Source of the DNA: Hyphomicrobiales bacterium
GTDB lineage: Bacteria; Pseudomonadota; Alphaproteobacteria; Rhizobiales; Devosiaceae
DNA: 64,000 bases
Assembly: GCA_027487555.1 (NCBI GenBank)
Contig: JAIYDI010000032.1
Span: 7,249 to 71,248 of the forward strand
Direction: 5' to 3'
In this document: positions 35,881-46,957 of the stretch, one piece after another
Layout: every line of letters starts with the position of its first letter
Position numbering within the stretch: the stretch's first letter is position 1
Program-made: the position numbers and the translations under genes
Notes under the pieces: model-generated
What the model saw: the letters and a program-made list of their open reading frames with translations, nothing else
Told to the model about the DNA's origin: nothing
Databases searched by the model: none

Positions 35881-36843
35881 TCAGCTTGGCGGTGGAGCGG
35901 TACCATATTGCTGACTGCCTCCCATTGCCCGGACAATCTGTGTGCCTGCGCTTCCGTCAAGGATGGCGAGTGATTGGTCCAGCCGTCCAATGCCGGCAAT
36001 TCCGCCGGTCAGCTCGGCGAAGGTGGAAGCGGCTTCCACCTTGGGAGCCATCGAGCCAGCGGCGAATTCCTTTTTTCGTATGGACTCTGGTGTTGTCCGG
36101 CGTATCGCCTCTTGGTGGGGCGTACCCCAATCCGAATATACTGCGTCGACGTCAGTCAGCAACAAGAGTGCGTCCGCACCAATTTCCAGCGCCAAGACTC
36201 CCGCAGTGCGGTCCTTATCGATGACTGCCTGAACACCGACCAAGCTCCCGTCACCGCGTCGGACGACAGGAATGCCGCCCCCGCCAGCGCAGATCACAAT
36301 CACATTCGAATCCAGCAAGAGTTGGATGACATCGACGTCCGGAATACGCAATGGCGGTGGCGAGGGCACGACACGGCGGTACTTGTCGCCGTCCAGTGCG
36401 ACGATCCAACCGCGGGCGGCGGCTAGCCGTTGTGCTTCGTCCTGCTCATAGACCGGACCGACCGGCTTTGTCGGATTGCGGAAAGCAGGATCATTCGCAT
36501 CGACCTCGACCTGCGTCAGCAATGTCGCAACTTTTGGTCCGTTGGGCAGAGCGTTCTCCAGTTCCTGTTCGATCAGATAGCCGATCATGCCTTCGGTCTC
36601 GGCTCCGAGGATATCGAGGGGATAGGCTTCGTCCGGACTCTGGGCCGCTGCCTGGAGGGCGAGAAGGCCGACCTGTGGCCCGTTGCCATGGGTGACGACG
36701 ATTCGATGGCCGGCGCCGACCAGCCCAGCGAGAGAGGCAGCCGCGCGGCGGACGTTGCTGCGCTGCGTTTCGGCCGAGATAGACTCCCCCCTTCGAAGGA
36801 GAGCGTTGCCGCCTAGGGCCACGACGATGAGCATCGCGGTCAC
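35881..36843 (-). CDS. arcC: Carbamate kinase
   Basis: 320 aa. [28 protein letters not shown], and C-terminal SMAPKVEAA motifs. Confidence 0.9.
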   Translation of the reverse strand: MTAMLIVVALGGNALLRRGESISAETQRSNVRRAAASLAGLVGAGHRIVVTHGNGPQVGLLALQAAAQSPDEAYPLDILGAETEGMIGYLIEQELENALPNGPKVATLLTQVEVDANDPAFRNPTKPVGPVYEQDEAQRLAAARGWIVALDGDKYRRVVPSPPPLRIPDVDVIQLLLDSNVIVICAGGGGIPVVRRGDGSLVGVQAVIDKDRTAGVLALEIGADALLLLTDVDAVYSDWGTPHQEAIRRTTPESIRKKEFAAGSMAPKVEAASTFAELTGGIAGIGRLDQSLAILDGSAGTQIVRAMGGSQQYGTAPPPS

Positions 36844-37841
36844 CCAGCGATCGTGGCGACGAGGATCGCCTTGATGGTGTGCATGCGGTTCTCAGCCTGG
36901 TCGAACACGATCGAGGCAGGGGACTCGAACACCTCGTCGGTGACCTCCATGCAGTCGATCCCGAAGCGCTTGGCGATGTCGGCGCCGACCTCGGTTTCCG
37001 CGTTATGAAAGGCCGGCAGACAGTGCATGAACTTGGTGTGAGGGTTGACGGTCGCGGCCATCACTTCGCGGGTGACGCGGTAGGGTGTGAGTTCGCGGAT
37101 GCGCTCGGGCCAGGCAGCCTCGTCCTCGCCCATCGACAGCCAGACATCCGTGTAAAGAAAGTCGGCGCCCTTGACCGCTTCCTCGACACTTTCGGTGACG
37201 GTGATGCATCCACCTGTCTCCTTGCCGAGCGCCCTCAGATGCTCGACGAAGGGTTGGTCCGGCCAGAGACTGCGTGGCGCCGCTATGCGCATATCCATGC
37301 CGACCTTTGCAGCACCGACGGCCAGCGAGTGGGCGACGTTGTTCCGCCCATCGCCGAGAAAAGTCACCGCCAGTCCTGAAAGATGCTTGTGCGTAAATTC
37401 GCGCATGGTCATGAAATCGCCAAGCGTCTGGGTCGGATGGGTCTCGTTGGTGAGGCCGTTGTAGACCGGCACGCCGGCATAAGCTGCGAGTTCCTCGGCG
37501 ATCTTTTGTCCAAAGCCGCGATACTCAATCGCGTCATATACCCGGCCCAGCACGCGGGCCGTATCCTTCATCGATTCCTTGTGACCGATCTGGCTCCCGG
37601 ATGGCCCAAGATAGGTGACATGGGCGCCCTGGTCGTAGGCCGCAACCTCGAAACCGGTTCGGGTACGGGTCGAATCTTTCTCGAAGATCAGGGCAATGTT
37701 CCGCCCGGCCAGCCGTTGCCGTTCGGTACCGGCTAGTTTGGCGGCCTTGAGTTCGCTTGCGAGCTTAAGGAGGAACCGGATGTCGGCCGGAGAGTAGTCG
37801 TCGAGCGTCAGCAGGCTGCGGCCGCGAAGATTGATCGGCAT
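36840..37841 (-). CDS. arcB: Ornithine carbamoyltransferase (catabolic context)
   Basis: ORF to 38051 trimmed to ATG 37841. Motifs [30 protein letters not shown] and HCLPA. Confidence 0.9.
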   Translation of the reverse strand: MPINLRGRSLLTLDDYSPADIRFLLKLASELKAAKLAGTERQRLAGRNIALIFEKDSTRTRTGFEVAAYDQGAHVTYLGPSGSQIGHKESMKDTARVLGRVYDAIEYRGFGQKIAEELAAYAGVPVYNGLTNETHPTQTLGDFMTMREFTHKHLSGLAVTFLGDGRNNVAHSLAVGAAKVGMDMRIAAPRSLWPDQPFVEHLRALGKETGGCITVTESVEEAVKGADFLYTDVWLSMGEDEAAWPERIRELTPYRVTREVMAATVNPHTKFMHCLPAFHNAETEVGADIAKRFGIDCMEVTDEVFESPASIVFDQAENRMHTIKAILVATIAG

Positions 37842-37861
37842 GGCAAAAGGTCTTCCTTGTC

Positions 37862-39100
37862 TCAGAGGGGATCGCGAGCGATCGGACAGGTCATGCAATG
37901 GCCACCGCCACGCCCTCGTCCGAGCTCGGAACCGGCGACAGTGATCACTTCGATGCCAGCCCGGCGGAGCAAAGTGTTGGTGTAGACGTTGCGGTCGTAG
38001 CCGACGACGACGCCAGGCTCTATGGCGACCACATTGTTGCCGTCGTCCCACTGCTCGCGCTCGGCCTCATAGCTATCGCCACCAGTGGCGACGACCCGCA
38101 GTCGATCGAGGCCGAGCGCCTTTTGGACGACCTCGACAAACGGTCCGCTCTCGGCCGTGATCTCGATGCCGGTTGGTCCAGTGCCAGGGCGGAGCGAGAA
38201 TGCCCGGATACGCTCGACGACAGGCGGGTAGATCGTCACGAGGTCGCGATCGCAGAAAGTGAAGACCGTGTCGAGATGCATGAAGGAGCGGTCGCGTGGC
38301 ATCAGCGCCGCGATAATTCTTGTCGTGACACCCTTGGCGAAGAGGCGCTTGGCCAGCGTCGCCACGGCCTGCGGCGTCGTACGCTCACCCATACCGATAA
38401 GGACGACCCCGTTCTCGACCGGCATGACGTCGCCGCCCTCGAGCGTGGCGATACCCGTCCCATCCGAACCGTCCCACCAGGTTTCGAATTCTGCGTCCCG
38501 GAAGTGAGGATGGAAGCGGTAGACGACCTCCACATTGGTCGCTTCCGGGCGGCGTGCGGGCCAGAACATCGGATTGATCGTCACACCGCCGTGGATCCAG
38601 CATGAGCTGTCTCGGGTAAACATCTGGTTGGGTAGCGGCGGCAGGACAAAGTCCTGCGGTTCCATGGTCCGCCCTGCTAGGCCCGCCGGCGTAAAGGGAA
38701 GCTCGGCACGGGCGATGCCGCCGATCAGGAAACGGCCAAGCTCGACTGCCGGCATCTCGTCCAGCCAGCCGCGCATCTCGCCGACCATGTCCTCGCCGAC
38801 TGCGGCGACACTGACGCGCCGGTCGAGCAGCCATCGCCGTGCTTCGGCCAGGGCAAGCGTCTCGCCGAGCAGGCTGCCGAAATCAAAGACAGCGACGCCT
38901 CGCTCACGCAGCGCGTCTACAAAAATGTCATGTTCCTGGCGAGCCTTCTTGACCCAGAGGACGTCGTCAAACAGTAGAGCGGCGCGATTGTCCGGTGTCA
39001 GTCTTTGCAGGCTGAGGTCAGGGCGGTGGACTAACACCTCGCGGAGCCGACCTACTTCCGAAAAGGCGCCAAGTCTTGTGGCAGTGTTGATTGCGTTCAT
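37862..39100 (-). CDS. arcA: Arginine deiminase
   Basis: 412 aa. [21 protein letters not shown], and C-terminal [10 protein letters not shown] with the catalytic Cys. Confidence 0.92.
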   Translation of the reverse strand: MNAINTATRLGAFSEVGRLREVLVHRPDLSLQRLTPDNRAALLFDDVLWVKKARQEHDIFVDALRERGVAVFDFGSLLGETLALAEARRWLLDRRVSVAAVGEDMVGEMRGWLDEMPAVELGRFLIGGIARAELPFTPAGLAGRTMEPQDFVLPPLPNQMFTRDSSCWIHGGVTINPMFWPARRPEATNVEVVYRFHPHFRDAEFETWWDGSDGTGIATLEGGDVMPVENGVVLIGMGERTTPQAVATLAKRLFAKGVTTRIIAALMPRDRSFMHLDTVFTFCDRDLVTIYPPVVERIRAFSLRPGTGPTGIEITAESGPFVEVVQKALGLDRLRVVATGGDSYEAEREQWDDGNNVVAIEPGVVVGYDRNVYTNTLLRRAGIEVITVAGSELGRGRGGGHCMTCPIARDPL

Positions 39101-40563
39101 AGCGGACTGATACTCCCGTTCCAGATGAGGTACGCGGCGGCGAGACCAGCGACGACAAGCGCGACGGCGATCAGTGCCTCAAGGATGGTGAAGCTCTTTT
39201 CACCGCGTTCGCGCCGCGCCATGACATAGATGAAGATTCCCGGGGCGTAGAGCATTGCGGCCATGAAGAGGTAGGTGGGACCGGCCGCATAGACCAGCCA
39301 GGCGCCATATAGCGTGGCGACCAGGCCTGCGATCAGATCGCGTGTCCGGCTCTCGCCGGGGCGATAGGCTTCGCCGGTGATGGCAAGCTTGGCCGCATAG
39401 GCGCCCGAGAAGACGTAGGGGATGAGGATTGCCGTCGAGGCGATGTAGAACAGCGCCGTGTATGTGCTGTTGGCAAAGAGCGCGACGATCAGAAATATCT
39501 GCACCAAGCCGTTGGTGATCCAGAGCGAAGTCGCCGGAGCACCGCGCTTGTTCTCGGCGCCGAAGAAGCGCGGCATCGTGCCGTCGCGGGAGGCGGCGTG
39601 GGGGATTTCGGCGGCGAGTAGCGTCCAGCTCAGGAAAGCGCCTAGCACCGAGACGACCAGCGTGATGTTAACGAGGATCGCGCCCCACGGGCCGACGAGA
39701 TGCTCAAGCACCCCTGCCATGGACGGGTTCTTCAGCGCCGCAAGTTCCGGCTGGGTCAATATCCCCAGCGACAGCAGCGAGATCAGCGCATAGAGGGCAA
39801 GGGCGACGAGGAAACCCGCCATCGTCGCAATGCCGATGTCAGAGCGACGCTCAGCGCGGGCCGAGATCACGCTCGCCCCCTCAATGCCGATGAAAACCCA
39901 GAGCGTGACGAGCATGGTGCTCTTGACCTGATCAAGTATCGAGCCGAGTTCGACGTTCCCTGTGCCAGTGAAATCGAGGGTAAAAACGTCGACTTTGAAA
40001 GCGACGATAGCGAGAACGATGAAGAGTATGAGGGGCGCGATCTTGGCGATTGTAGTCACGAGGTTGACCAACGCCGCCTGACGCACGCCCGACAGGATCA
40101 GCGCATGGACAAGCCACAGCACGACCGAAGCGCCAACGATGGCCTGCCAAGTATTGCCCTCCCCGAACGGCGGAAAGAAGTACGAGAGAGCGCTGAACAT
40201 GACGACGGCGTAGGAGACATTGCCGATCCAGGCGGAGAGCCAATAGCCCCAAGCGCTGTTGAAGCCGATGAACGGCCCGAAGCCGGCTTTGGCATAGGCA
40301 TACGGTCCGGCATCAAGCGCCGGCTTTCTCATGGAGAGGCCCTGATAGACGAAGGCCAGTGCCAGGATGCCGACGCCGCTAATCGCCCAGCCGATGATGA
40401 TGGCGAGCGGTGCCGCGCCGGCCGCCATGTTCTGCGGCAGGCTGAATACGCCTGAGCCGAGCATGGAGCCGATGACGACGGCGGTGAGCAAGCCGAGCCC
40501 TAGCTTGCGGGATGCCGCTGCCGCGGGCTTTGGTGTGACCGTATCGATGGCGATGGTGGTCAT
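39097..40563 (-). CDS. arcD: Arginine/ornithine antiporter (APC family)
   Basis: ORF to 40656 trimmed to ATG 40563. [27 protein letters not shown] and 12-13 hydrophobic spans. Its stop overlaps the arcA start. Confidence 0.85.
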   Translation of the reverse strand: MTTIAIDTVTPKPAAAASRKLGLGLLTAVVIGSMLGSGVFSLPQNMAAGAAPLAIIIGWAISGVGILALAFVYQGLSMRKPALDAGPYAYAKAGFGPFIGFNSAWGYWLSAWIGNVSYAVVMFSALSYFFPPFGEGNTWQAIVGASVVLWLVHALILSGVRQAALVNLVTTIAKIAPLILFIVLAIVAFKVDVFTLDFTGTGNVELGSILDQVKSTMLVTLWVFIGIEGASVISARAERRSDIGIATMAGFLVALALYALISLLSLGILTQPELAALKNPSMAGVLEHLVGPWGAILVNITLVVSVLGAFLSWTLLAAEIPHAASRDGTMPRFFGAENKRGAPATSLWITNGLVQIFLIVALFANSTYTALFYIASTAILIPYVFSGAYAAKLAITGEAYRPGESRTRDLIAGLVATLYGAWLVYAAGPTYLFMAAMLYAPGIFIYVMARRERGEKSFTILEALIAVALVVAGLAAAYLIWNGSISPL

Positions 40564-40657
40564 GGCGCGTTGCCGAAGGTCGGCCCTCCTGGTTGAATCG
40601 GCTCGGTTCGAGCCTGTTGCATTCTGCGAGAACGAGAATTTGAGGCTTTGACGCACA

Positions 40658-41941
40658 TCAATCGGGACGTGCCCGTCGAGATGATTTCGTCGCGGCAGCG
40701 GGCCGCCGATTGGAAGGATTGTCCGCCGGCGTCGGCGCCAGTTGCCGAGGCAGGTTCAAACTGGCGATCGCAGCAAGCGCAACAATTGCCGCAGCGGCAA
40801 AGAAAGCGGTGCCCTCTTGCCCGTTGAGACCGAAAAGCAGACCAGCACCGGCTGCCCCAATAGACTGCCCGAGACTCACTGCTGCACTCTGAATGCCCAG
40901 TCCCACGCCTCGGCTTCGGGCTGACCTTTTTGCCACCCAGTAGCTCAACAGCGGGCTGATCAAACCCGCCGAGGCAGCCACTAAGGCAACCGCAGCGAGC
41001 ACGCCACCAAAGCCGACAATGCCTGGGACGAGAACCAGACCAAGCGCCATCGCCGCAAAGGCTGGTGCGATCAGCCAGCGCGTCGCGGCCGCCTTGACGA
41101 AGGGCGAAAACACGATGGCCTGGACGGCAAACATCACCGCGCTGCAGGTGGCAAACATGATCGCCAGATCGGCAGACGTCATCGCACCATCACCGCTCCG
41201 CAGCGTGAGACCAACTTCAAAGGCCCCTAGCCCCACGGCAGAGGCAACGGCGAGGACGAGAAGCTGCAACTTGCCGGGCAGCGGCGCGGTCGAACGCTGC
41301 TCTGGCAATTTGGGTCCGTCCGCGGCAGCCCGTTCGTTCGAGAGCAGGGTACCTATGCCCGCGGCGGAAATTGCAGCCAGACTGGCCGCCAACAGGAAGG
41401 GACCAGAACCAGGCAAACTGGAAGCGCCACTCCAGCCGGCGGCGAAACCGCCAAGCATCGGCCCAAAAAAGAAACCGGCAATCGATGCCATGCCGACCGC
41501 CGCGAAGGCTTTCGCACGGCGATCATCGTCGGCTTCCACATCGGCAATGAATGCAAGAACGGTGGGCACGACGGCTGCGGCAAAACCTCCGTTCAGGATG
41601 CGGCCCGCATAGAGGACAGCCAGATTGGAGGCAAGAGCGGTGGCCGCCAATGTGATGGCAAAGCCCAGCAATCCCGCAATCAGGATGGGCCTTCTCCCAA
41701 TCGAGTCGGAAAGTCGGCCCCAGAGGATAGCCACCGCGAGGGGCGCCGCGACATAGGCAGCCGTCAGGAGACCGACATGTCGAGCAATCGCGGCAGAGTC
41801 GGACGTCCCGGCAAGTCGCGCCACCGTGGCCGGAAGAACTGGCAGGACCACGCCGAAGCAAAGCGATACGACGAATGCCGCAGCAAGTAGGGAGGCCAGT
41901 ACCCACTGTGATATGCGCAAACTCGCGTTGAGCTGCGTCAC
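40658..41941 (-). CDS. MFS transporter (12-TMS type)
   Basis: 427 aa with MFS motif LWGRLSDSIGRRPILIAG. Its start overlaps the CopB-like stop by 4 nt. Confidence 0.8.
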   Translation of the reverse strand: MTQLNASLRISQWVLASLLAAAFVVSLCFGVVLPVLPATVARLAGTSDSAAIARHVGLLTAAYVAAPLAVAILWGRLSDSIGRRPILIAGLLGFAITLAATALASNLAVLYAGRILNGGFAAAVVPTVLAFIADVEADDDRRAKAFAAVGMASIAGFFFGPMLGGFAAGWSGASSLPGSGPFLLAASLAAISAAGIGTLLSNERAAADGPKLPEQRSTAPLPGKLQLLVLAVASAVGLGAFEVGLTLRSGDGAMTSADLAIMFATCSAVMFAVQAIVFSPFVKAAATRWLIAPAFAAMALGLVLVPGIVGFGGVLAAVALVAASAGLISPLLSYWVAKRSARSRGVGLGIQSAAVSLGQSIGAAGAGLLFGLNGQEGTAFFAAAAIVALAAIASLNLPRQLAPTPADNPSNRRPAAATKSSRRARPD

Positions 41942-44361
41942 GTTGATGCCACGGGGGCAGGCGCAGACGGCGCTGCGTCGGTAGTCGATGAGTTGCTTGG
42001 CCGAATGCCCTCAAGCTTGGTCCGCTTGAGCAGAAGGGCATTGATGGCCACTAGCGCCGAGCTGCCAGACATGGCGAGCGCTGCGATCTGCGGGCTGAGC
42101 AGGAACGGGTAGAACACGCCCGCGGCGATCGGGAAGGCGACGAGATTGTATCCCACCGCCCACCACAGATTCTGATGCATTTTTCGTAGCGTCGCACGCG
42201 AGAGCGTCATTGCGCCCACAACGTCGTACGGATCACTCTTCATCAACACGATGTCGGCGCTCTCGATGGCCACGTCGGTGCCTGCGCCGATGGCGAAGCC
42301 GACATCGGCCTGGGTCAGGGCCGGGGCATCGTTGACGCCGTCGCCTACCATTCCGACCTTGAGGCCTTGGGCCTGCAGCTCCTTGATCTTCTCGGCCTTC
42401 TGTCCCGGCAGGACGTCGGCCAAAACGATGTCGATGCCAAGCAGATCGGCGATCCGCTTGGCAGTGCCGGCATTGTCGCCGGTGAGCATCGCAACGCGCA
42501 CCCCCTGCTCGTGCAGTTTCTTGATCGTAGCGATTGCTGTCGGGCGTGGGGCGTCGGCAATGGCGATCAGCCCGAGAAGTTTGCCGGATCGGGCCACGTG
42601 AATGACGGTGCGACCTTCGCCCTTGAGCGCTTCGGCCTTCTCGCCTAGCGTCAGGAGATCGATTTTCTGCTCATCCATCAGGCGACGGTTGCCGAGGAAG
42701 ATCGGATCGCCGTCAATTGAGGCACTGGCGCCCTTGCCCTCGATATTGAGGAAGCCGGTGACCTTGGGAATGTCCAGGTCCTTGGCCCGCTCTACGATGG
42801 CGACGGCGAGTGGATGGTCCGACCCCTGATCGACAGCGGCCGCGACCCGCAAGAGATCATCGGGCGCAACAGCAGGTGCGGGGATGACATCAACGACCTT
42901 CGGCTGGCCCATGGTAAGCGTCCCAGTCTTGTCGAAGACGATCACCTTGAGCTTGGTTGCGTCTTCCAGAGCAGCCGCATTCTTGAACAGGATGCCGTTG
43001 GCGGCGCCGAGGCCGGTGCCGACCATGACCGCCATCGGCGTAGCGAGGCCCAGTGCATCGGGACACGCGATGACGAAGACCGTGATGGTCAGCGTCAGGG
43101 CAAACAGCAGCGGTTGCCCGAGCCACCAGAACCAGACGGCGAAGGTGGCGAGCCCAATCACGATCGCGGCCAGCACCAGCCATTGCGAGGCGCGATCGGC
43201 AAGCAATTGCGCGGGCGCTTTGGAATTCTGGGCCTCCTGGACCAGCTTGACGATCTGGGCCAAGGCCGTATCGGCGCCCACCTTGGTGGAGCGGTAGCGC
43301 AACGTGCCGCTCTTGTTGATCGTGGCGCCAATAACGCTGTCCCCGACTTTCTTGGTCACCGGCATGGATTCCCCGGTCAGCATCGATTGATCGATGGTCG
43401 ACTCGCCCTCGATCACCTCGCCATCCACGGGAAGCTTGTTGCCCGGCCGAAGCACCACGATGTCGCCCAGCACGACTTCCGCGGTCGCGACTTCGATTTC
43501 CTTGCCGTCGCGAAAGACCGTGGCCTTTGGCGGCGCCAGATCAAGCAACGCCCGGATCGCCGCCGAAGCTCCGGCGCGGGCCCGCATCTCCAGCCAGTGG
43601 CCGAGCAGGATGAATACAAGAAGGACGCTCGCCGCTTCGAAGAATTGTTGGCCCTCAAAGAAGAAGGTGGCGCCCACGCTGAACAGGTAGCCGGTGCCAA
43701 CGCTGAGCACGACCAAGACGGCCATATTGAGCACGCCGTTGCGCAGGGCGCGCCAGGCGGCCACCAGGAAGGGCCATACCGGATAGAGGATGGCGGCGCT
43801 GGCAAGCAGGAACATGGTGAGGTTCATGCTCAGCCCAAATGGCGGGCTTATGAGGGGTTCGCCCAGGCCCATAGGCTCCAAAAGAAAGATCGGGATCGAG
43901 AAGACAAGGCTGACCAGAAAGCGGTTCCGCATGTCCTTGACCATGCCTTGCATGTCCCCGGAGCCGTGACCCATCTCGTGAGCCATGGCATCACGGGAGC
44001 TCTTGGCGGCAACCGCTCCCTTGCCATCCCCCGCGGGCATGGTCATGCCCGCGTGTCCTGCATGCTCATCCCGCGCCGGCGCGACGGACTCTTGGGCGCG
44101 CGCCGGCTGCACCGTTGTGCTGTTTGGGCTGCACAGGTGGCGCGGCAGGACTTCGCCCCGGCAATGGAAGCCGCAGGCCTCGATTTCTCGCGCGATTACC
44201 TCAGCGCTGGTTCTTGCGTCGTCGAAGGTGACGCTCGCTGTCGTTGAGGCGGCGTTCATGCTCGCCGCGGTTACACCGGGGAAAGCGGAGAGCCGTTTCT
44301 CGACCGCCGCAAAGTCGAGAATGCTGGTGAGATTGCCGACGTCGAAGTTCGCTTTTTTCAT
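41938..44361 (-). CDS. CopB-like P1B-3-type ATPase with CPD instead of CPH and a Cys-less HMA-like N-terminus
   Basis: 807 aa. HMA-like fold without CxxC (VGNLTSILDFAAVEKRL). His/Met-rich DEHAGHAGMTMP...AMAHEMGHGSGDMQGMVKDM. TM motif VIACPDALGLATP; DKTGTLT; GDGVNDAPAL; MSGSSALVAINALLLK. Confidence 0.9.
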   Translation of the reverse strand: MKKANFDVGNLTSILDFAAVEKRLSAFPGVTAASMNAASTTASVTFDDARTSAEVIAREIEACGFHCRGEVLPRHLCSPNSTTVQPARAQESVAPARDEHAGHAGMTMPAGDGKGAVAAKSSRDAMAHEMGHGSGDMQGMVKDMRNRFLVSLVFSIPIFLLEPMGLGEPLISPPFGLSMNLTMFLLASAAILYPVWPFLVAAWRALRNGVLNMAVLVVLSVGTGYLFSVGATFFFEGQQFFEAASVLLVFILLGHWLEMRARAGASAAIRALLDLAPPKATVFRDGKEIEVATAEVVLGDIVVLRPGNKLPVDGEVIEGESTIDQSMLTGESMPVTKKVGDSVIGATINKSGTLRYRSTKVGADTALAQIVKLVQEAQNSKAPAQLLADRASQWLVLAAIVIGLATFAVWFWWLGQPLLFALTLTITVFVIACPDALGLATPMAVMVGTGLGAANGILFKNAAALEDATKLKVIVFDKTGTLTMGQPKVVDVIPAPAVAPDDLLRVAAAVDQGSDHPLAVAIVERAKDLDIPKVTGFLNIEGKGASASIDGDPIFLGNRRLMDEQKIDLLTLGEKAEALKGEGRTVIHVARSGKLLGLIAIADAPRPTAIATIKKLHEQGVRVAMLTGDNAGTAKRIADLLGIDIVLADVLPGQKAEKIKELQAQGLKVGMVGDGVNDAPALTQADVGFAIGAGTDVAIESADIVLMKSDPYDVVGAMTLSRATLRKMHQNLWWAVGYNLVAFPIAAGVFYPFLLSPQIAALAMSGSSALVAINALLLKRTKLEGIRPSNSSTTDAAPSAPAPVAST

Positions 44362-44437
44362 AATTCAACTCCTGGAGCCCAGTTCCGGCTGCGGTGCGTT
44401 TAGTCCCGGTCGCAACGCGGGGGATTCTGTCCGGCGT

Positions 44438-45526
44438 TCACGGGTCTACTCTGGGTGTGAGCGTGTTAAGGCCATTCAGCCGTCCGATCCCGAGTGCGGC
44501 ATTGGTCGCCGATATGGACGCCGCTGCGTCGGTCTCGATGCCCGCAAGGGCACGGATCGCGTCTATGGTTTCGGGGATCACGATGGCCTGGTTGTCGACC
44601 ATGTACGCGTAGAACAGTTCGTCGCCCTGAACCGTCAGCATGTCCGCCCAGAGCGCCACTTCGTAGAGATCGCCGTGCGGGCGACCAATGTCGAGCATCC
44701 ATTCCTTGATGCTGTTGAGGGCTTTCAGCCCGTGATCGCCGCTGATGAGGGCAATGCGCGAGGAGGCACGGAACGCATCCAGAACCTCTTCCTTGCCGGC
44801 AGTTTTTGTCATTCGGACGTTCCAGTAGTGCAGATGGCCAAGCGTTTGTGGAACCTTTACCGCCATCGTCACGACATCGAGGCTGGGATCGACGCTTTGC
44901 GCGTCGGGACCCTGGTGACTCGGTATGCTCGGTTCGGGTACCAGGGTGTTCATGATGCCGGTCTCGTGACTCTCCCAGGGATCGGTGGCCCGCCGCAGCA
45001 GGGTTCCCCGTGCGCTGCGCAGCAGGCCGGCCCGCTTCAAGGCAGTCAGCGTCCGCACGATCGAAGTCGTGTTGCAGGAAACGACGCGAGTACTTTCCCG
45101 GCCTATGGCGCTTTCATAGGACGACTCCGCCACAAAGGAGTGGCCGGTTACGGCATGCTTTTCGCCGCCTTGGATAGCGAATTTGAGACCCAGCTTCCGG
45201 TAAGCCTCGATGTTGCCCGCGGCGATGTTCTTGGGTGTGCAATCCACTACGACATCGGCGGCTGCAAGCAGTTCGGGAACCTCGCCGCTTACCGCTATTC
45301 CCGCCGCCCGCATCGCCGCTGCGGTCGGCGCTGTCGCGCCGAAGATCCCGAAGCCCTTGTCCACGGCGACCGCCAGACGCCAATCCGAGCCGACATCGGC
45401 AACGCCGGCAAGCACCATGTCGGACTGCAGGCTGACCGCTTCGGCCACGCGCTTGCCGATGACGCCGTAGCCATTGACCGCGACGCGAATTTTGGGTCCT
45501 GCCGATCCAATCGCTTGTTCTCCCAT
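44438..45526 (-). CDS. Type II (archaeal-type) phosphorylating glyceraldehyde-3-phosphate dehydrogenase
   Basis: 362 aa. IRVAVNGYGVIGKRVAEAV, QGGEKH, RVVSCNTTSIVRTL (catalytic Cys), IPSHQGPD and MVDNQAIVIPETIDAIRAL align along their whole length with the archaeal GAPDH sequence I remember (AINGYGTVGKRVADAI...VVSCNTTGL...LPSHHGPD). Confidence 0.85.
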   Translation of the reverse strand: MGEQAIGSAGPKIRVAVNGYGVIGKRVAEAVSLQSDMVLAGVADVGSDWRLAVAVDKGFGIFGATAPTAAAMRAAGIAVSGEVPELLAAADVVVDCTPKNIAAGNIEAYRKLGLKFAIQGGEKHAVTGHSFVAESSYESAIGRESTRVVSCNTTSIVRTLTALKRAGLLRSARGTLLRRATDPWESHETGIMNTLVPEPSIPSHQGPDAQSVDPSLDVVTMAVKVPQTLGHLHYWNVRMTKTAGKEEVLDAFRASSRIALISGDHGLKALNSIKEWMLDIGRPHGDLYEVALWADMLTVQGDELFYAYMVDNQAIVIPETIDAIRALAGIETDAAASISATNAALGIGRLNGLNTLTPRVDP

Positions 45527-45535
45527 CGCTGACTC

Positions 45536-46957
45536 CTAAATCCGGTAGCCGAAAGTTGACATCATGCCGGTCGCCATGTGGTAGAGGTGGTGACAATGGA
45601 AGGCCCATTGGCCGGGATTGTCGGCATCGACGGCAATGGTGACCGACCGCATCGGCGGCACGAGCACCGTGTCGCGAACCGCGCCCGAAAAGCGCTCCCC
45701 GTCGATCGCCACCACCTGAAAGTGGTGACCGTGCAGGTGCATCGGATGGGCCATCATGCTGGTATTGGTCAGCGTGACTTCGACGCGGTCGCCCCTATCC
45801 ACGAGGATCGGTGCGCTGGTCTCAAGGCCCCAGCGATAGGCGGCCATGTCGCCAGTCAGCGCCATATCGAATGACTTGTCGGCCGTACGGGGGGCCAGCG
45901 GTGCGATGGCGCGGAGTTGTGCTTCCAGCGCGAGGTCGAGCGCAGGAGCCGCCGCGCCCGCTTGTGTGGCGAGCTTCGCTACGTCTGCCCCGGCTGGGCT
46001 GAGGATAATTCCGGTTCGTTCCTGACTTCCTTCGCGCAGTGCCAGGATCGGGAACGATCTGGCTTCACCCGGCAACTGCAGCCGAACATCGATGCGCTGT
46101 CCCATGGTCATCGGAAAACGTCGGCCTTTGAGGGAAACGACGTCTTGCCCGTCGACAGCGATCAGTTCGCCTTCGAGCTCACCAAAATCGATCGTGAAGG
46201 CCGTCGCGGTGGCGCCGTTGATGATCCGGACACGCACCCGTCCGTCGCGCTCCACCGCCACGATTTTCGGATCGTCCAGGGTGCGGTCGTTGGCAAGATA
46301 GGCGTCATAGTCGATATCGTTGAGGTCGACTGCAGCGGCCCCGCTATCCATGGCGTCCATGGGCTCCGAGGAGGGCATCGCCATGTCACCATGCTGCATC
46401 GGCGCGGCGCCGCCCCCGGTTAGGCCGGCCAGCAATTCATCAGCGGAGGAGAACGAAAAGTCGTGCAGCAGAATGACGACCTCCTGCTCGTCTCGTCCTG
46501 CGTCGTCAGGGTTCGCGACAATCAGCGGCGCGGCGAGGAGTGCCTGTTCCTGCAGGGTGTGGGCGTGTAGCCAATAGGTGCCGGGCCTACCGACCGGAAA
46601 GTCGAAAGCACGGTCGCTCCCGGCCCCGATGAGCGGAAGCGGGGCATCGGGAACGCCATCGCTCGGCCAAGGGGGTGTCAGGCCATGCCAATGTACGATC
46701 GTCGGCTCAGCGGTTTCGTTGCGAAGCAGGAGTTTGAAGGCGTCGCCCGCCTGGTAATGGAGCCCTGCTGATCCGTTGGGCTGCTGCACTCCGAAAACGC
46801 TCGCCGCCCGGCCATTCACCTCTATCGTGCGACGTACGATGCTGAGCAATTTCTCGCCGGGCGGCATTACCGCAAAAGCCGGCCGCGACAGCGCCCAAGG
46901 CAGCGACAAGGCTGCAGCTCCGGAAATTGTGCCCTTGAGAAGTTCGCGACGTTTCAT
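45536..46957 (-). CDS. Multicopper oxidase (CopA/PcoA-like), Tat-exported; paralog of 22618..24048
   Basis: ORF to 47266 trimmed to ATG 46957 (AAGGAAG RBS; MKRRELLKGTISGAAALSL). Copper sites VHWHG, WLHAH, HPMHLHGH and HCHHLYHMATGMM. Confidence 0.9.
   Translation of the reverse strand: MKRRELLKGTISGAAALSLPWALSRPAFAVMPPGEKLLSIVRRTIEVNGRAASVFGVQQPNGSAGLHYQAGDAFKLLLRNETAEPTIVHWHGLTPPWPSDGVPDAPLPLIGAGSDRAFDFPVGRPGTYWLHAHTLQEQALLAAPLIVANPDDAGRDEQEVVILLHDFSFSSADELLAGLTGGGAAPMQHGDMAMPSSEPMDAMDSGAAAVDLNDIDYDAYLANDRTLDDPKIVAVERDGRVRVRIINGATATAFTIDFGELEGELIAVDGQDVVSLKGRRFPMTMGQRIDVRLQLPGEARSFPILALREGSQERTGIILSPAGADVAKLATQAGAAAPALDLALEAQLRAIAPLAPRTADKSFDMALTGDMAAYRWGLETSAPILVDRGDRVEVTLTNTSMMAHPMHLHGHHFQVVAIDGERFSGAVRDTVLVPPMRSVTIAVDADNPGQWAFHCHHLYHMATGMMSTFGYRI

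Noticed and set aside
43985-45532. 515-aa plus-strand ORF
   Set aside because: It is antisense to the GAPDH and the 5' end of the CopB-like gene, both with strong family motifs. No motifs of its own.
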